The notes under the pieces are model-generated. The model was not told the DNA's origin. It ran no database searches and was given only the letters and a program-made list of their open reading frames with translations. This document shows, in pieces, positions 1-10,099 of a stretch of 64,000 nucleotides of DNA. A program made the position numbers and the translations under genes. Position 1 is the stretch's first letter. Each line of letters opens with the position of its first letter. The stretch is taken from the NCBI GenBank assembly GCA_963836235.1, contig CAWIIP010000002.1:448001-512000 (forward strand). Reading direction: 5' to 3'. The DNA comes from an uncultured Pseudomonadota bacterium. GTDB lineage: Bacteria; Oederibacteriota; Muellerivitia; Muellerivitales; Muellerivitaceae.

Positions 1-1266
1 GGTACGTTCCAATACCTTTCGAATAAACTGCCGTTCGAATTGGCACCGGACCCGTTTCAATGATAGCTTCGCTTCTTCCTTGGTTTTAGCCAAATCAATT
101 TGCTTTACCAGAATATCAAGAGGAATATCTTCGATACCAAGGGTATCCTTTCCCGCAAACAAAACCATCATTTCAATACTATTTTCCAGTTCTTTGACAT
201 TCCCAGGCCAATTGTATTGGGTTAAAAACTGGATAGCTTCCTTTTGGATGTTTTTAACATGAATTTTCGCCTTTTGATTTGTCGCCTTGAGGAAATAATT
301 CACTAAACTCGGAATATCCTCGCGCCTTTCTCTTAAAGCGGGTAAAACTAAAGAAAATATGTTCAATAATTGGTACAAATCCTTCCGAAAGTTCCCTTTT
401 TCAACCTCCGCCAATAAATCAATGTCTGTCGAGGCGATGACGCGAAAATCCGTGGGGATCGAAACACGGCTTCCAATTCGAAACATTTTCCTTCCGGAAA
501 ACACTTTGAAGATTTCCTCCTGCATATCCAAAGGCAACCTGTCGACTTGTTCGAGAAAAAAAGTTCCACTATTAGCGAATTCTAACTTTCCAATTTGGGA
601 AGATTGGTTTTTTGCTTCATCACCTTCCTCGCCAAAAAGTTCTTTTTCAAGTTGGCCTTTAGATATGGATCCACAAGATAAAGTAATGAAGGGATTCCGC
701 TTTCTTACGCTTTGAGAATGGATCTCACGCGCGACTTCTTCGAGCCCGCTTCCCATTTCACCTCGGATCAACACCGGCGATTCCAATTTGGAAACATCAT
801 TTATTTGTCGGACCACTTCCTGTATAGCCTTGCTATTTCCAATAAGACTTATTGGTTTTTTCAAAGCCAACTCTTCACGCAAGAAACGGTTCTCTTTTTC
901 CAACGCCTTCTTCGCGAGAATTCGCTTCAGAAGCTCGTATAATTCCGCGATTTTATAAGGCTTCGTTAAATAGTCATACGCACCCAATTTCATCGCATCT
1001 AATGCGGTATCAACGCCGGTGAGGGCTGTCACCATTATGACTTCGATAGACTCATCCTTTCGTTTGATCTGGCGTAATAAGTCCAAACCGGAACCATCGG
1101 GAAGCATAATGTCTAATAAACAAAGATCAAAAGTTTGATTTTTAAGGATTCGAATCGTAGTTTTGGCGTCTTCAGCAAAAACCAACTCATAATGATCCTG
1201 AAGGGCAAGCCTAAAAGATTCCCTGACACTTTCCTCATCATCCACAACTAAAATTAATGGTTTCAC
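1..1266 (-). CDS. NtrC-family response regulator (receiver + AAA-like + start of HTH), runs off the window; degenerate ATPase motifs
   Basis: Not in ORF track; translated by hand from GTG at 1266: MKPLILVVDDEESVR...LLDIMLPDGSG...YDYLTKP (receiver), then VLIRGEMGSGLEEVA, ELFGEEGDE, GTFFLEQVD, YNWPGNVKELEN. Confidence 0.85.
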   Translation of the reverse strand, partial: MKPLILVVDDEESVRESFRLALQDHYELVFAEDAKTTIRILKNQTFDLCLLDIMLPDGSGLDLLRQIKRKDESIEVIMVTALTGVDTALDAMKLGAYDYLTKPYKIAELYELLKRILAKKALEKENRFLREELALKKPISLIGNSKAIQEVVRQINDVSKLESPVLIRGEMGSGLEEVAREIHSQSVRKRNPFITLSCGSISKGQLEKELFGEEGDEAKNQSSQIGKLEFANSGTFFLEQVDRLPLDMQEEIFKVFSGRKMFRIGSRVSIPTDFRVIASTDIDLLAEVEKGNFRKDLYQLLNIFSLVLPALRERREDIPSLVNYFLKATNQKAKIHVKNIQKEAIQFLTQYNWPGNVKELENSIEMMVLFAGKDTLGIEDIPLDILVKQIDLAKTKEEAKLSLKRVRCQFERQFIRKVLERT

Positions 1267-1340
1267 GAAAGATCCTGTTTGACTGATTTTGAAAGGTATC
1301 ACTTTCAAAGACGAACTTATTATATTTTTTTAACCAGACT

Positions 1341-2363
1341 TTATAAAGACTTTCGAGATGGAAATACCTGATTTTTACGAACGACAATTATTGGTTTCTT
1401 GGACTTCTCTAGCTTTAAAAACGGTTCGAGAGTTGAGCAAAATGGAGATAATTCTTCCCGAAGTTTCATGTCTTCAAGCATTCTTAAAAATAAGAAAAGA
1501 TACTCGCTGGCGATTCCACAATTCTCGCCGAAAGCAGTTCTCGCTTTTTGAACGATTTTGACATATTGGGTCCTGGTTGGAGCCTCTTCACCGCTTCCCA
1601 AGAGCTTAATGGAGCGAAAATGCCTTTTCATAGCCCTTAAAACCCATCGGTCGATAGGAAAGGCCGTCTGATGGCCCATGGAAAAAAGAAGGATACAATC
1701 CGCAATCTTTGGTCCAATTCCATCCAAAGACATCAAAGCCTCACGAGCGTCATCGCAAGGTATCGATTTCAAATGATCCAGAGAAACGACCTGGGCTTCG
1801 ACAGCTCGAGCCATACGAATGATTCGATCGGCCCGAGCCCGGTAATTATTGGTAAAAGGCCTCAAGGATTCCGCCGAAAGACGAGCAATATCCGCGGCAT
1901 CTGGAAAAGCACGAACTTCTTTGATGCCTTCAAGAGGCCGCCCATATTCCGCGCAAAACTTTTTTAATGCATGTCGAATGACTTTTACGGAAAGCCCTTG
2001 AGCAAACATGTAGGAAACGGTGCATTCCCAGGATTCTTGTCGAATCAGCCTCAAACCGTTAAGAACTTTAAGCGGAAATTGCATCACCGAATGGGACTCA
2101 AAGGACTCAGCCCATTTATTTAAGTTTTCGTCCAAACTTAAATAAAACGACAGCCAGCTTTCCGCGTTTTTGTTCCGAACAACCGGGGAATTACATTCCC
2201 AAGAAAGCTGATTCTTCTCTTGTTTCAGTCTCCAGAATGCCTGCCCCGCGACACCTGTAAACCAACCATCAGCGTCAGGACCATCCCATCGAAAAGATTG
2301 GCCGCAAAGCAGCGTCAAACCCAGGGAAAATGGTTCGGGTAATTGCCTAACTCCTCGAATCAT
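1341..2363 (-). CDS. 8-oxoguanine DNA glycosylase/AP lyase (OGG1-like, HhH-GPD)
   Basis: N-terminal TLLCGQSFRW, GLRLIRQESWEC, HhH LDGIGPKIADCILLF and FPIDRW. Confidence 0.85.
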   Translation of the reverse strand: MIRGVRQLPEPFSLGLTLLCGQSFRWDGPDADGWFTGVAGQAFWRLKQEKNQLSWECNSPVVRNKNAESWLSFYLSLDENLNKWAESFESHSVMQFPLKVLNGLRLIRQESWECTVSYMFAQGLSVKVIRHALKKFCAEYGRPLEGIKEVRAFPDAADIARLSAESLRPFTNNYRARADRIIRMARAVEAQVVSLDHLKSIPCDDAREALMSLDGIGPKIADCILLFSMGHQTAFPIDRWVLRAMKRHFRSIKLLGSGEEAPTRTQYVKIVQKARTAFGENCGIASEYLFLFLRMLEDMKLREELSPFCSTLEPFLKLEKSKKPIIVVRKNQVFPSRKSL

Positions 2364-2750
2364 TTAATCCATCCGCCGGTAATAAAAAGCCGCTGTAACT
2401 ACAATTGCCAAAAACAAGGCTAAGGCGCTGATATCCCAACGGTTCACTCGCCATTGAATAATCTGGTGCGCGATTAAAAAAACAGCGAAAGCCCAAAAAC
2501 TCCATTTCCTCATTAGTAGAAGATTGTATAAGCAAACAACTATAAAAACCGTGCTCAAGGAGATGTATAGGGGATACCAGGAACTAACGAGGCGAATTTC
2601 TCCAGAAAACACATAGTACATTTTTAAAAAACACCCCAAAAGAGCCAAGGAACAAAGAACAGTCAATACAGAAGGGCTTTCGAACTTCATTCTTTTTCCC
2701 CGCCTAATTTGCGTAAAATTCAAAACTACCATTAACAAATTACAACTCAA
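2364..2750 (-). CDS. small multi-pass membrane protein (start may be MKFES)
   Basis: about four hydrophobic segments; abuts the glycosylase gene. Confidence 0.55.
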   Translation of the reverse strand: MSCNLLMVVLNFTQIRRGKRMKFESPSVLTVLCSLALLGCFLKMYYVFSGEIRLVSSWYPLYISLSTVFIVVCLYNLLLMRKWSFWAFAVFLIAHQIIQWRVNRWDISALALFLAIVVTAAFYYRRMD

Positions 2751-2935
2751 TAAAACCCAAATTTTAAAATTGATGTTTAAGCGAATTTACTGGTTGTTAC
2801 TTTGATGACTTCTCTTTTAACTAAAATTCTTAAATGGAAATATTAAATTTCAAAAACTCTCGTAAGGATCCTCTTGGGACGACAATTCATTTTCTTTCAT
2901 GCGGGATATTCGTTACATGTGCAGGACTATTCAAC

Positions 2936-3127
2936 CTAAACCTTGCGACCCTTTTTTCGTCTCTCTTTTTTTCTGCGAGGATCTTTAGGCGACCTGGGCT
3001 TATCTCCATCTGATCCCTGCCAACGCCTTTCGTCTTTACGACGCTCGGCGAGAGCACGGATTTCCGCTGGGCGTTTAAACATGTAAAACTTTCCCAATAA
3101 CTTTTTAACCCAATGGAACAGGTTCAT
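2936..3127 (-). CDS. small basic hypothetical protein
   Basis: 63-aa ORF starting 5 nt after the upstream stop, same strand; K/R-rich tail. Confidence 0.4.
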   Translation of the reverse strand: MNLFHWVKKLLGKFYMFKRPAEIRALAERRKDERRWQGSDGDKPRSPKDPRRKKERRKKGRKV

Positions 3128-3132
3128 TTAAC

Positions 3133-3840
3133 TTATGACCGCCGGATACTGACAACGCGGTCTCGTTCGTTCGTTGCGGCAGGGTGGCCCATGGTTGCTT
3201 TTTGTTTTTTTATGTCCTGGCCGTTTTTCCAACTCTTCAAAAGGGCGGCGCCCGAAACAACCAAGGCCAACAAAAAGAGAAAATTGGAATGCTGGACTCC
3301 ATTTCCTAAGTCTTTTAGAGTCAAGGAAATCTCCTCTAAGCGTTTATTTGTCGCTTCTTGGGCTCCATTGAGCTCGCGGTATTGGTTAAAAGAATCCCTC
3401 TCCATGAGAAATGCCGTAGTTTGTACCCTCGCTTCCAACTCCGCGAGTTTTTTATCATCGACTCCCTTTGGACGGGCACTCACACCAATGGTTTTCTCTT
3501 GAATAACAGTGACAGGCGCTGGAGCCTCTAGACCTTTAGGGGACTCAACAACAGCTGGCCTCCCACCAATCCAAATAACGGTTTTATTTGCGTTATCTTT
3601 TTCAGAAACAAGAATACTCAATAAAGCTTGGGCTTTTTTATCCTGGGAATTGGCTTGAAGAGCCTTAGAATCCAAAAGAATGGCTTGGTCAAAATCACCT
3701 GAAAGATAGGCTTGAAGAGCCGATTGATAATAATCCGTGGGAGTCGAAGATATATCGACTGTTTGAGCTATCGCTATTGCCGAAGCTAACCAAATCAACA
3801 AAAAACTAATTTCCATTATCTGTTTTTGTCGCATCTCCAC
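3133..3840 (-). CDS. exported TPR-like/coiled-coil protein with C-terminal TM helix
   Basis: signal peptide (ASAIAIAQ), TPR-like YYQSALQAYLSGDFDQAI, coiled coil, TM NFLFLLALVVSGAALL. Confidence 0.65.
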   Translation of the reverse strand: MEMRQKQIMEISFLLIWLASAIAIAQTVDISSTPTDYYQSALQAYLSGDFDQAILLDSKALQANSQDKKAQALLSILVSEKDNANKTVIWIGGRPAVVESPKGLEAPAPVTVIQEKTIGVSARPKGVDDKKLAELEARVQTTAFLMERDSFNQYRELNGAQEATNKRLEEISLTLKDLGNGVQHSNFLFLLALVVSGAALLKSWKNGQDIKKQKATMGHPAATNERDRVVSIRRS

Positions 3841-3869
3841 CCCTTATTAACGACGAATTTTACCATAGG

Positions 3870-4706
3870 TTAACTTTTTAACATGAGAAAAGCACCGAAC
3901 CTTCCGGTTGGTTTTCCGGAACCCGCTTCGGCCCGGTGGGAATAAAACATATCGATGTTTTTAATGGTACAAAGCTCTGATCGAATAAGATTTTCCTCTT
4001 TCATCCCAATTTCAATAAGCTGACGGGCATTGGCCTCAGAAAGGTTCAACTTCCAATGGTCTTTGGAGGATTTTTCAAAAACTTCTTGGCCCCAGGGAAA
4101 AACATTCATGAAGCTCTTTCTCACATCCTCTCCTACTTCATAGCAACAGGCCCCTATACAAGGGCCTAATACCGCCCGAACCTCTTCAGGTTTTGTTCCA
4201 TAAGCATCTCCCATTGCCAGTAACGTTTTCGCAGCCACATGGCTCACCGATCCACGCCAACCGGCATGGGCCAAACCGATGGCCTTATGTATTGGATCAA
4301 AAAAAAGAATCGGAAGACAATCGGCCACTAAAATCATCACGGAAATATCCATTTCATTTGTGATAATTCCGTCTCCTTGGCCTAAGGAACCTCCATTTTG
4401 AGGACGGTTGGCCGCATCCAATTTAACCACATTATCGCTATGTACTTGATCCACCCAAACCGATCTACTCAAATCCATCCCAAATTCACGGGACAAAAGG
4501 ACACGATTCTCGTCAACTCTGACATTATCATCTTCAACTCTATAACTCATATTGAGAGAACGATAAATTCCAGCGCTAACTCCTCCGACCCTCGTAGAAA
4601 CAGCATGTCGCAAGATTTTAGAATCAGCGAACCTAGGAAAAGTAATAGTAATGATGCCGCCCTGTTGCGTTTGGACTGCTTCAGCGGCTAGCTTGCTGGT
4701 TTTCAT
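3870..4706 (-). CDS. pgeF: peptidoglycan editing factor PgeF/YfiH family
   Basis: STRVGGVS, QVHSD, ADCLPI, HAGWRG, GPCIGACCYEVG, FYSHR motifs. Confidence 0.92.
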   Translation of the reverse strand: MKTSKLAAEAVQTQQGGIITITFPRFADSKILRHAVSTRVGGVSAGIYRSLNMSYRVEDDNVRVDENRVLLSREFGMDLSRSVWVDQVHSDNVVKLDAANRPQNGGSLGQGDGIITNEMDISVMILVADCLPILFFDPIHKAIGLAHAGWRGSVSHVAAKTLLAMGDAYGTKPEEVRAVLGPCIGACCYEVGEDVRKSFMNVFPWGQEVFEKSSKDHWKLNLSEANARQLIEIGMKEENLIRSELCTIKNIDMFYSHRAEAGSGKPTGRFGAFLMLKS

Positions 4707-6018
4707 AAATTCCTTCCACCCGATCTTTATAGTCGATAATTCCTTCCGCGATGGCCTTGGCCATCTTGTCCCTCCAATAGGGATCTCTCAGTTTATTTTC
4801 CTCTTCCTGGTTGCTGATGAAAGCTGTCTCAACCAATATCGAAGGCATATCGGCGTGGGCTAAAACATAAAAAGGCGCGTGTTGAATATTTCTAAAATGT
4901 TGTTTCAAATTTTCAACAATTTTCTCCTCGACTCTTTGAGCGAGAAAATTGCTTCGACTTTTATAAAAATTTGTTCGCAGAGATGTCATGGTGTAATCAT
5001 AAGGATCGGTCTCACCATTTTCACGAACCGCCGCAACCTCAGCCAGTTTGTTGGAAGCCCTGGATCCATATTGGTATATTTCAGTTCCGTGGGCTCCAGA
5101 CCTTGGATTGGAGTTGCAGTGAATCGAGACAAAAAGATCGGCGTCGTGGGAATTGGCGAAATCCGTCCTGTACTTTAATTTAATATAATAATCTCCGGTG
5201 CGCGTCATGAGGACCTCAAATTCTCTTTCCCCTTTTTGTTCTTCTTTCAGATATCCGGCGACTCTTTTGGCGATATCCAAGGTCGCTTGTTTTTCAAAGT
5301 ATCTGCGGTCATGACCAGGCGCCCCCGCATCGTTTCCACCATGACCCGCGTCGATCACAATCCTACGTATCCTTTCGATTTGTCCAACAGGCACCTCTTC
5401 CTTTGCTTCCGCTTCCTCCGTAGGAGTCGGCTCCAAGGAGGGTACCGCCGTGGGAATCGCCACTTGCGTGACCCCCACGGCGGTGTTGGTGGGGGGAACG
5501 GCGGACGATTTTTTCAATTGGTCGGCTTGGGCCAGAATTTCACTCCTTAATTCATCTTCGCGGACTCCTCCGGCGACAAGAGCCTGTTGATCCAACAAAA
5601 ATCTCACGTTGACGTTCAGAAGAGTTCCAAAAACGTCTCCGGCGGATTCCGGCGGTATTGCTAATTGGCCCGACACAACTTCTACGGGGTCCATGGGGAA
5701 AGAGGACTCAGGATCAAGGATGAGGAAAACCGGTTGGGACAAAACCATCTTGACCTGATTTTTGCCTTTTTGAAGTGAAACACGGCGGGTTTGGGAATCA
5801 AATTGCAAGTCCACCCCGTAAAATTGCGCCACTTCCCGAAGAGGCAAAAAGACTTTCCCCTTGATATCCTGAAGAATCGTGACCGGGGCTTGATCGGATT
5901 TATACGTATATTTCAGAGAAACGGTCTCATCCGCCTGGCTGGCTATAGGCCAATAAAGTCCCATGGTCAAACCGAAAAAAATCCAAAAAAGCTCTTTAAT
6001 TTTGGGCATTTTCGACAC
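4681..6018 (-). CDS. N-acetylmuramoyl-L-alanine amidase (Amidase_3), exported
   Basis: signal peptide; IDAGHGGNDAGA, EK, SIHCN and PSILVETAFISN zinc/catalytic motifs. Confidence 0.92.
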   Translation of the reverse strand: MSKMPKIKELFWIFFGLTMGLYWPIASQADETVSLKYTYKSDQAPVTILQDIKGKVFLPLREVAQFYGVDLQFDSQTRRVSLQKGKNQVKMVLSQPVFLILDPESSFPMDPVEVVSGQLAIPPESAGDVFGTLLNVNVRFLLDQQALVAGGVREDELRSEILAQADQLKKSSAVPPTNTAVGVTQVAIPTAVPSLEPTPTEEAEAKEEVPVGQIERIRRIVIDAGHGGNDAGAPGHDRRYFEKQATLDIAKRVAGYLKEEQKGEREFEVLMTRTGDYYIKLKYRTDFANSHDADLFVSIHCNSNPRSGAHGTEIYQYGSRASNKLAEVAAVRENGETDPYDYTMTSLRTNFYKSRSNFLAQRVEEKIVENLKQHFRNIQHAPFYVLAHADMPSILVETAFISNQEEENKLRDPYWRDKMAKAIAEGIIDYKDRVEGIYENQQASR

Positions 6019-7324
6019 CTATTCTCTTATCCTTTTCTTCACTTTCATACTTTTTATGCTTAATTCTGAAATACCAGTTGTAAACACGACTAATACCTTT
6101 CAGGTCCGTCGCTTGAAGCGTAAGGATATGTCCACCCTGGGCCAATTCCGCGCCTACTTGATGAGTCAAAAGGTGGGTCTTCGGGTCGTAATGAACCCGC
6201 ATGATATGGTTTCCCAATTTCAGCCGAACCGAATTGGGTACGACATCATCCACGATCTGAGCTTTGATAACCGGCTTCTGGGAGTCAATCACTTCCCCGT
6301 CCGCTGGAAAAAGACCCTTCATGTGAAGAACCTTGTCCGTAAAAAGACTGGCGAATTTCTCGTGGCTAATGGGATATAGAATCAATTCCCTTTTGAGCTT
6401 GAGGGGTTCTATCGTTCGATCATTAGGACCTGGATTGACGGTAAAGGCCAGTTTGTATCCCATTTCGTGGGTAGTCGCAAGAATTGCTGGATCGTAAACC
6501 CCGTAAGGATAGGCTATCAATTCAGACTTGCGTTTAAAGTTAGCTTGGATGAAAGTCAAAGGTTCACTGAGCTCAAATTCAAGAATTTTTTTATACTCCA
6601 TTGGAGGAGTTTTTTCCTCCACCAGTCCCAGGTTTAAATGATTGGCAGTATGGGATTCGACTACCATGCCGAAATTTTGCATGGATAGGATATCCCCTAT
6701 CCCTAGAGGTTCGACCCCCAATTTCACTTTATGTTTTTTCTTGCTATCGATCCTTCGCTTTAAAGCCGCCTCCCCATTTTCGATAAACTTTGTATAAACA
6801 AAAAAAACCGAAGGGTATCCATAGGATTTAAGTATAGGAAATGCGTCGCGATAAATCGTGCGAAACCCATCATCAAAAGTAATGAGGACCGGTTTCGGAG
6901 GGAGGGGTTTCCCCCGAAACCAAAAGTCCATCAATTGACCATCCGAAATGGGGGTGAACCCATTGTCTTTCAGGTACTGCATCTGCCATTTAAATTCTTC
7001 CACTGGCATCTGGTACTCGGCCTGGGCCCAATCATCCTTTTCATCAGGCTTAAGTACAAACCTGTGGTAGCAAAGCACCACAAAGCTTTCATCCTCCGAC
7101 GAATTTGATGGTACTCCCGCCACAGCGGCGGAATTTCCCATCAATACCCTAGGAGTCGACGATTTTAAAGCCGGCAAGGCGGAATGAAGCGGTATATCAT
7201 CACCAAAGCTTCGGCCAACCATGGGTGACGGCCATATCAACAGGACCACCACCCAAAAGAATAACCTTATGGTTTTGACAAACCCTTTCCTCAACATCTT
7301 TTCCATTCCATCCTTTTCATTCAA
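5996..7324 (-). CDS. polysaccharide deacetylase (CE4/NodB), exported, with C-terminal Ig-like domain
   Basis: VLCYHRF, ITFDDG, SHTANH, AYPYG motifs. Confidence 0.88.
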   Translation of the reverse strand: MNEKDGMEKMLRKGFVKTIRLFFWVVVLLIWPSPMVGRSFGDDIPLHSALPALKSSTPRVLMGNSAAVAGVPSNSSEDESFVVLCYHRFVLKPDEKDDWAQAEYQMPVEEFKWQMQYLKDNGFTPISDGQLMDFWFRGKPLPPKPVLITFDDGFRTIYRDAFPILKSYGYPSVFFVYTKFIENGEAALKRRIDSKKKHKVKLGVEPLGIGDILSMQNFGMVVESHTANHLNLGLVEEKTPPMEYKKILEFELSEPLTFIQANFKRKSELIAYPYGVYDPAILATTHEMGYKLAFTVNPGPNDRTIEPLKLKRELILYPISHEKFASLFTDKVLHMKGLFPADGEVIDSQKPVIKAQIVDDVVPNSVRLKLGNHIMRVHYDPKTHLLTHQVGAELAQGGHILTLQATDLKGISRVYNWYFRIKHKKYESEEKDKRIGVENAQN

Positions 7325-7355
7325 TCGAGATTTTTAATTGCTATCTCAGTCCCGA

Positions 7356-8516
7356 TTAGTTTTGAAAAGGCTTGCTGGCCAAACGGCGGCGCAGATAGGC
7401 CGGAATGTCGTACTGCCCATCCGACAACTTCAAGGTCATATCCCCTTCCAGTTCCTCCATTGGAGGCTGGGACGAGCTGGCCTTGGCGGTGTTGAAGTTG
7501 GGCGTCACGAAATTCTTCAGGTCGATCACCGTAGCCATCTGGTCGACACTCTTTTGGGCATCGAAACCGGTGGCGATGATGGTGACTCGCAGGCCGTCCT
7601 TCAGGTTTTCATCGCGCACGATACCCGGGATAATTTCGGCTCCGGGGCGGGCGGCTTTCTGGAGGAACCCGTTGATCTGGTTGAACTCGTTCAGGGTGAA
7701 ATTCGCCCCCGCAGTCACCAAAACCAGCACCGCAGTGGCTCCGGCGATGTCCACATCCTCCAAAAGCGGGCTATTTACGGCCTTTTGCACCGCTTTGAGG
7801 GCCCTATCCTCGCCCGTTCCCGCGCCCATACCCATCAGCACCTTGCCCTTGGCGGTCAGGATGCGTCGTACGTCGGCGAAATCACGGTTGATAATACCTT
7901 CTGAGTGGATAATTACCGAGATACCTTGGATAGCCTGTACCAGTACTTCGTCCACACGAGCAAAAGCGGAAGACAGTTCCACATCCTGCTCGCAAACCAG
8001 GTTGATGCGTTCGTTCGGGATGACAACAATGGCATCCACATGAGGAAGCATCGCGCGAAGCCCGTCCTCGGCTTGGGCCTTGCGCACGGGCCCTTCGTGC
8101 TCAAAAGGTCGGCTAACCACGCCCACTGTCAAGATACCAAGCTTCTTAGCAATCTCGGCTACCACGGGAGCCGCTCCGGTTCCGGTGCCGCCTCCCATAC
8201 CCGCGGCAACCACCACCATGTCGGCGCCTTCCAGGCATTTTTGAATTTCATCGGTGGATTCCAATGCCGCTTCCTTCCCGATAGTGGGATTCCCGCCCGA
8301 GCCCAATCCCTTGGTGAGGGATTTGCCCAGCTGAATTTTCTTGATAGCCTTGCTGCGGCGAAGGGACTTATAGTCCGTATTAGCCGAGATACATTCCACG
8401 CCTTCAATACCGGCTTCGATCATCTTATTAACGGCGTTACATCCGCCACCGCCCACCCCGATGACCTTTAAATGGGCCAAATATTGCGTCACATCGTCTT
8501 CCGCGAACTCGATCAT
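7356..8516 (-). CDS. ftsZ: cell division protein FtsZ
   Basis: [27 protein letters not shown]-terminal DIPAYLRR. Confidence 0.98.
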   Translation of the reverse strand: MIEFAEDDVTQYLAHLKVIGVGGGGCNAVNKMIEAGIEGVECISANTDYKSLRRSKAIKKIQLGKSLTKGLGSGGNPTIGKEAALESTDEIQKCLEGADMVVVAAGMGGGTGTGAAPVVAEIAKKLGILTVGVVSRPFEHEGPVRKAQAEDGLRAMLPHVDAIVVIPNERINLVCEQDVELSSAFARVDEVLVQAIQGISVIIHSEGIINRDFADVRRILTAKGKVLMGMGAGTGEDRALKAVQKAVNSPLLEDVDIAGATAVLVLVTAGANFTLNEFNQINGFLQKAARPGAEIIPGIVRDENLKDGLRVTIIATGFDAQKSVDQMATVIDLKNFVTPNFNTAKASSSQPPMEELEGDMTLKLSDGQYDIPAYLRRRLASKPFQN

Positions 8517-8669
8517 TGTTTTCCCCCTCTTTTTTTAAACCAACTTTTGGCTGCCAGCTCTAAACCGTCAGTTTTAAACCCTTACTAACTACCTTTCATT
8601 TCCCATGCCACCCCCTTAACCATTTCTTTTGGTTTAACTCCCAAACCTCAAACTCCTTATTTCTAACTT

Positions 8670-9923
8670 TTAAATGGAGTCTCCGAACCATTTCTTCATA
8701 CGACCCAGGATATTATTGAAAGCATCCGCTCCCGACGCGATTCGATTGCGTTTGGAACCCTGCGTCTGTTGCGACTGCATACCCATCAGTACCAGTCCCA
8801 CCGCCGTGGAATAACTCGGGTTGGAGACCACATCGGTTAATCCACCGATCCTTTTGGGCGAACCGATCCGAACCGGCAGTTGTAAAATTTTCTCCGCCAG
8901 TTCTGCCGTTCCCTCCATCAGGGCGGCTCCGCCAGTGATGACCGCTCCCGCTGGAATCCGATCCTCGAAACCGTGTTTCTTTAATTCCGATCCTACCAAC
9001 TCGAAAATCTCTTCCATGCGCGCCTCAATAATTTCGGAAAGGACTCGCCGTGGCATGCGCCGGTCCGGCCTCCCTCCCACGCCCGGCACGGTGATTTCCT
9101 CTTCTTCCTTCACCATCGCCGTGTAGGCGCAACCAAATTGAATTTTGATAGCCTCTGCCTCGGTGTTAGGAGTACGGAGCCCCACTGCCACGTCGCTCGT
9201 CACCAGGGTGCCTCCCAAGGTGATAATGCCAGTGTGCCAAAGGGAACCATTGATAAAGACCGCGATATCAGTGGTTCCACCCCCAATGTCGATCAAAGCA
9301 ACACCCAGTTCCTTTTCGTCCGATGAGAGAATGGCTTCCGCCGAAGCCAAGGGTTGAAGAATGATGTCAGCCACTTGGATATCGGCCCTTTCCACACTGC
9401 GGACGATGTTCTGGACGCTGGTTACCGCCCCCGTTACCACATGGACTTCGGCCTCCAGTCTTACTCCCGACATACCCACGGGATTCTTGATACCATCCTG
9501 GTCATCAACGATGTATTCCTGTGGAATCACATGGATAATCTCCCGGTCTAAGGGAATGGCGATGGCTTGGGCGGCTTCGATCACTCTTTCCCTATCTTCC
9601 TCCGTAATTTCCTTGTCTTTACGGGATACCGCGATGACGCCCCGGCTATTCAATCCCTTAATGTGGCCCCCGGCGACACCCGCGAACGCGGAGGAGACCT
9701 CCACACCCGCCATTCGCTCCGCGTCTTGGACGGACTTCTTGATGGAAGCGATGGTTTGTTCGATATTCACCACCGAACCCTTTTTAAGCCCCGTCGAAGG
9801 AGTTGTTCCAACCCCGATGATATGGACCTGCCCCTCATCGTCCTGTTCCCCAATGATGGTGCAGACTTTGGTTGTACCCAGGTCCAGCCCCACCACGATG
9901 TCCTGCTTTTGCTCCTTAGCCAT
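8670..9923 (-). CDS. ftsA: cell division protein FtsA
   Basis: GLDLGTTKV, DIGGGTTD, C-terminal amphipathic helix (MKKWF); SD GGGAGGTGA. Confidence 0.98.
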   Translation of the reverse strand: MAKEQKQDIVVGLDLGTTKVCTIIGEQDDEGQVHIIGVGTTPSTGLKKGSVVNIEQTIASIKKSVQDAERMAGVEVSSAFAGVAGGHIKGLNSRGVIAVSRKDKEITEEDRERVIEAAQAIAIPLDREIIHVIPQEYIVDDQDGIKNPVGMSGVRLEAEVHVVTGAVTSVQNIVRSVERADIQVADIILQPLASAEAILSSDEKELGVALIDIGGGTTDIAVFINGSLWHTGIITLGGTLVTSDVAVGLRTPNTEAEAIKIQFGCAYTAMVKEEEEITVPGVGGRPDRRMPRRVLSEIIEARMEEIFELVGSELKKHGFEDRIPAGAVITGGAALMEGTAELAEKILQLPVRIGSPKRIGGLTDVVSNPSYSTAVGLVLMGMQSQQTQGSKRNRIASGADAFNNILGRMKKWFGDSI

Positions 9924-9943
9924 TCAACTCACCTCCCTGTTAT

Positions 9944-10099
9944 TTATCTTTTAGCCGCCGAGAAACAGCGGCATGGTCCAAAACAAACCTTCAGCATTTT
10001 CAAGTTCAAATGTCTTGCCTTACCGATCACCCTTTGGGTATCCGGCATCATTTTTTTTAACCGGCGCCGGTAATAACACAAAGTCCTGGATGTTTTCAT
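9944..10099 (-). CDS. 51-aa mini-ORF between ftsQ and ftsA
   Basis: ATGA overlap with ftsQ stop; open to TAA just before the ftsA SD (hand-translated MKTSRTLCYY...FSAAKR). Confidence 0.3.
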   Translation of the reverse strand: MKTSRTLCYYRRRLKKMMPDTQRVIGKARHLNLKMLKVCFGPCRCFSAAKR

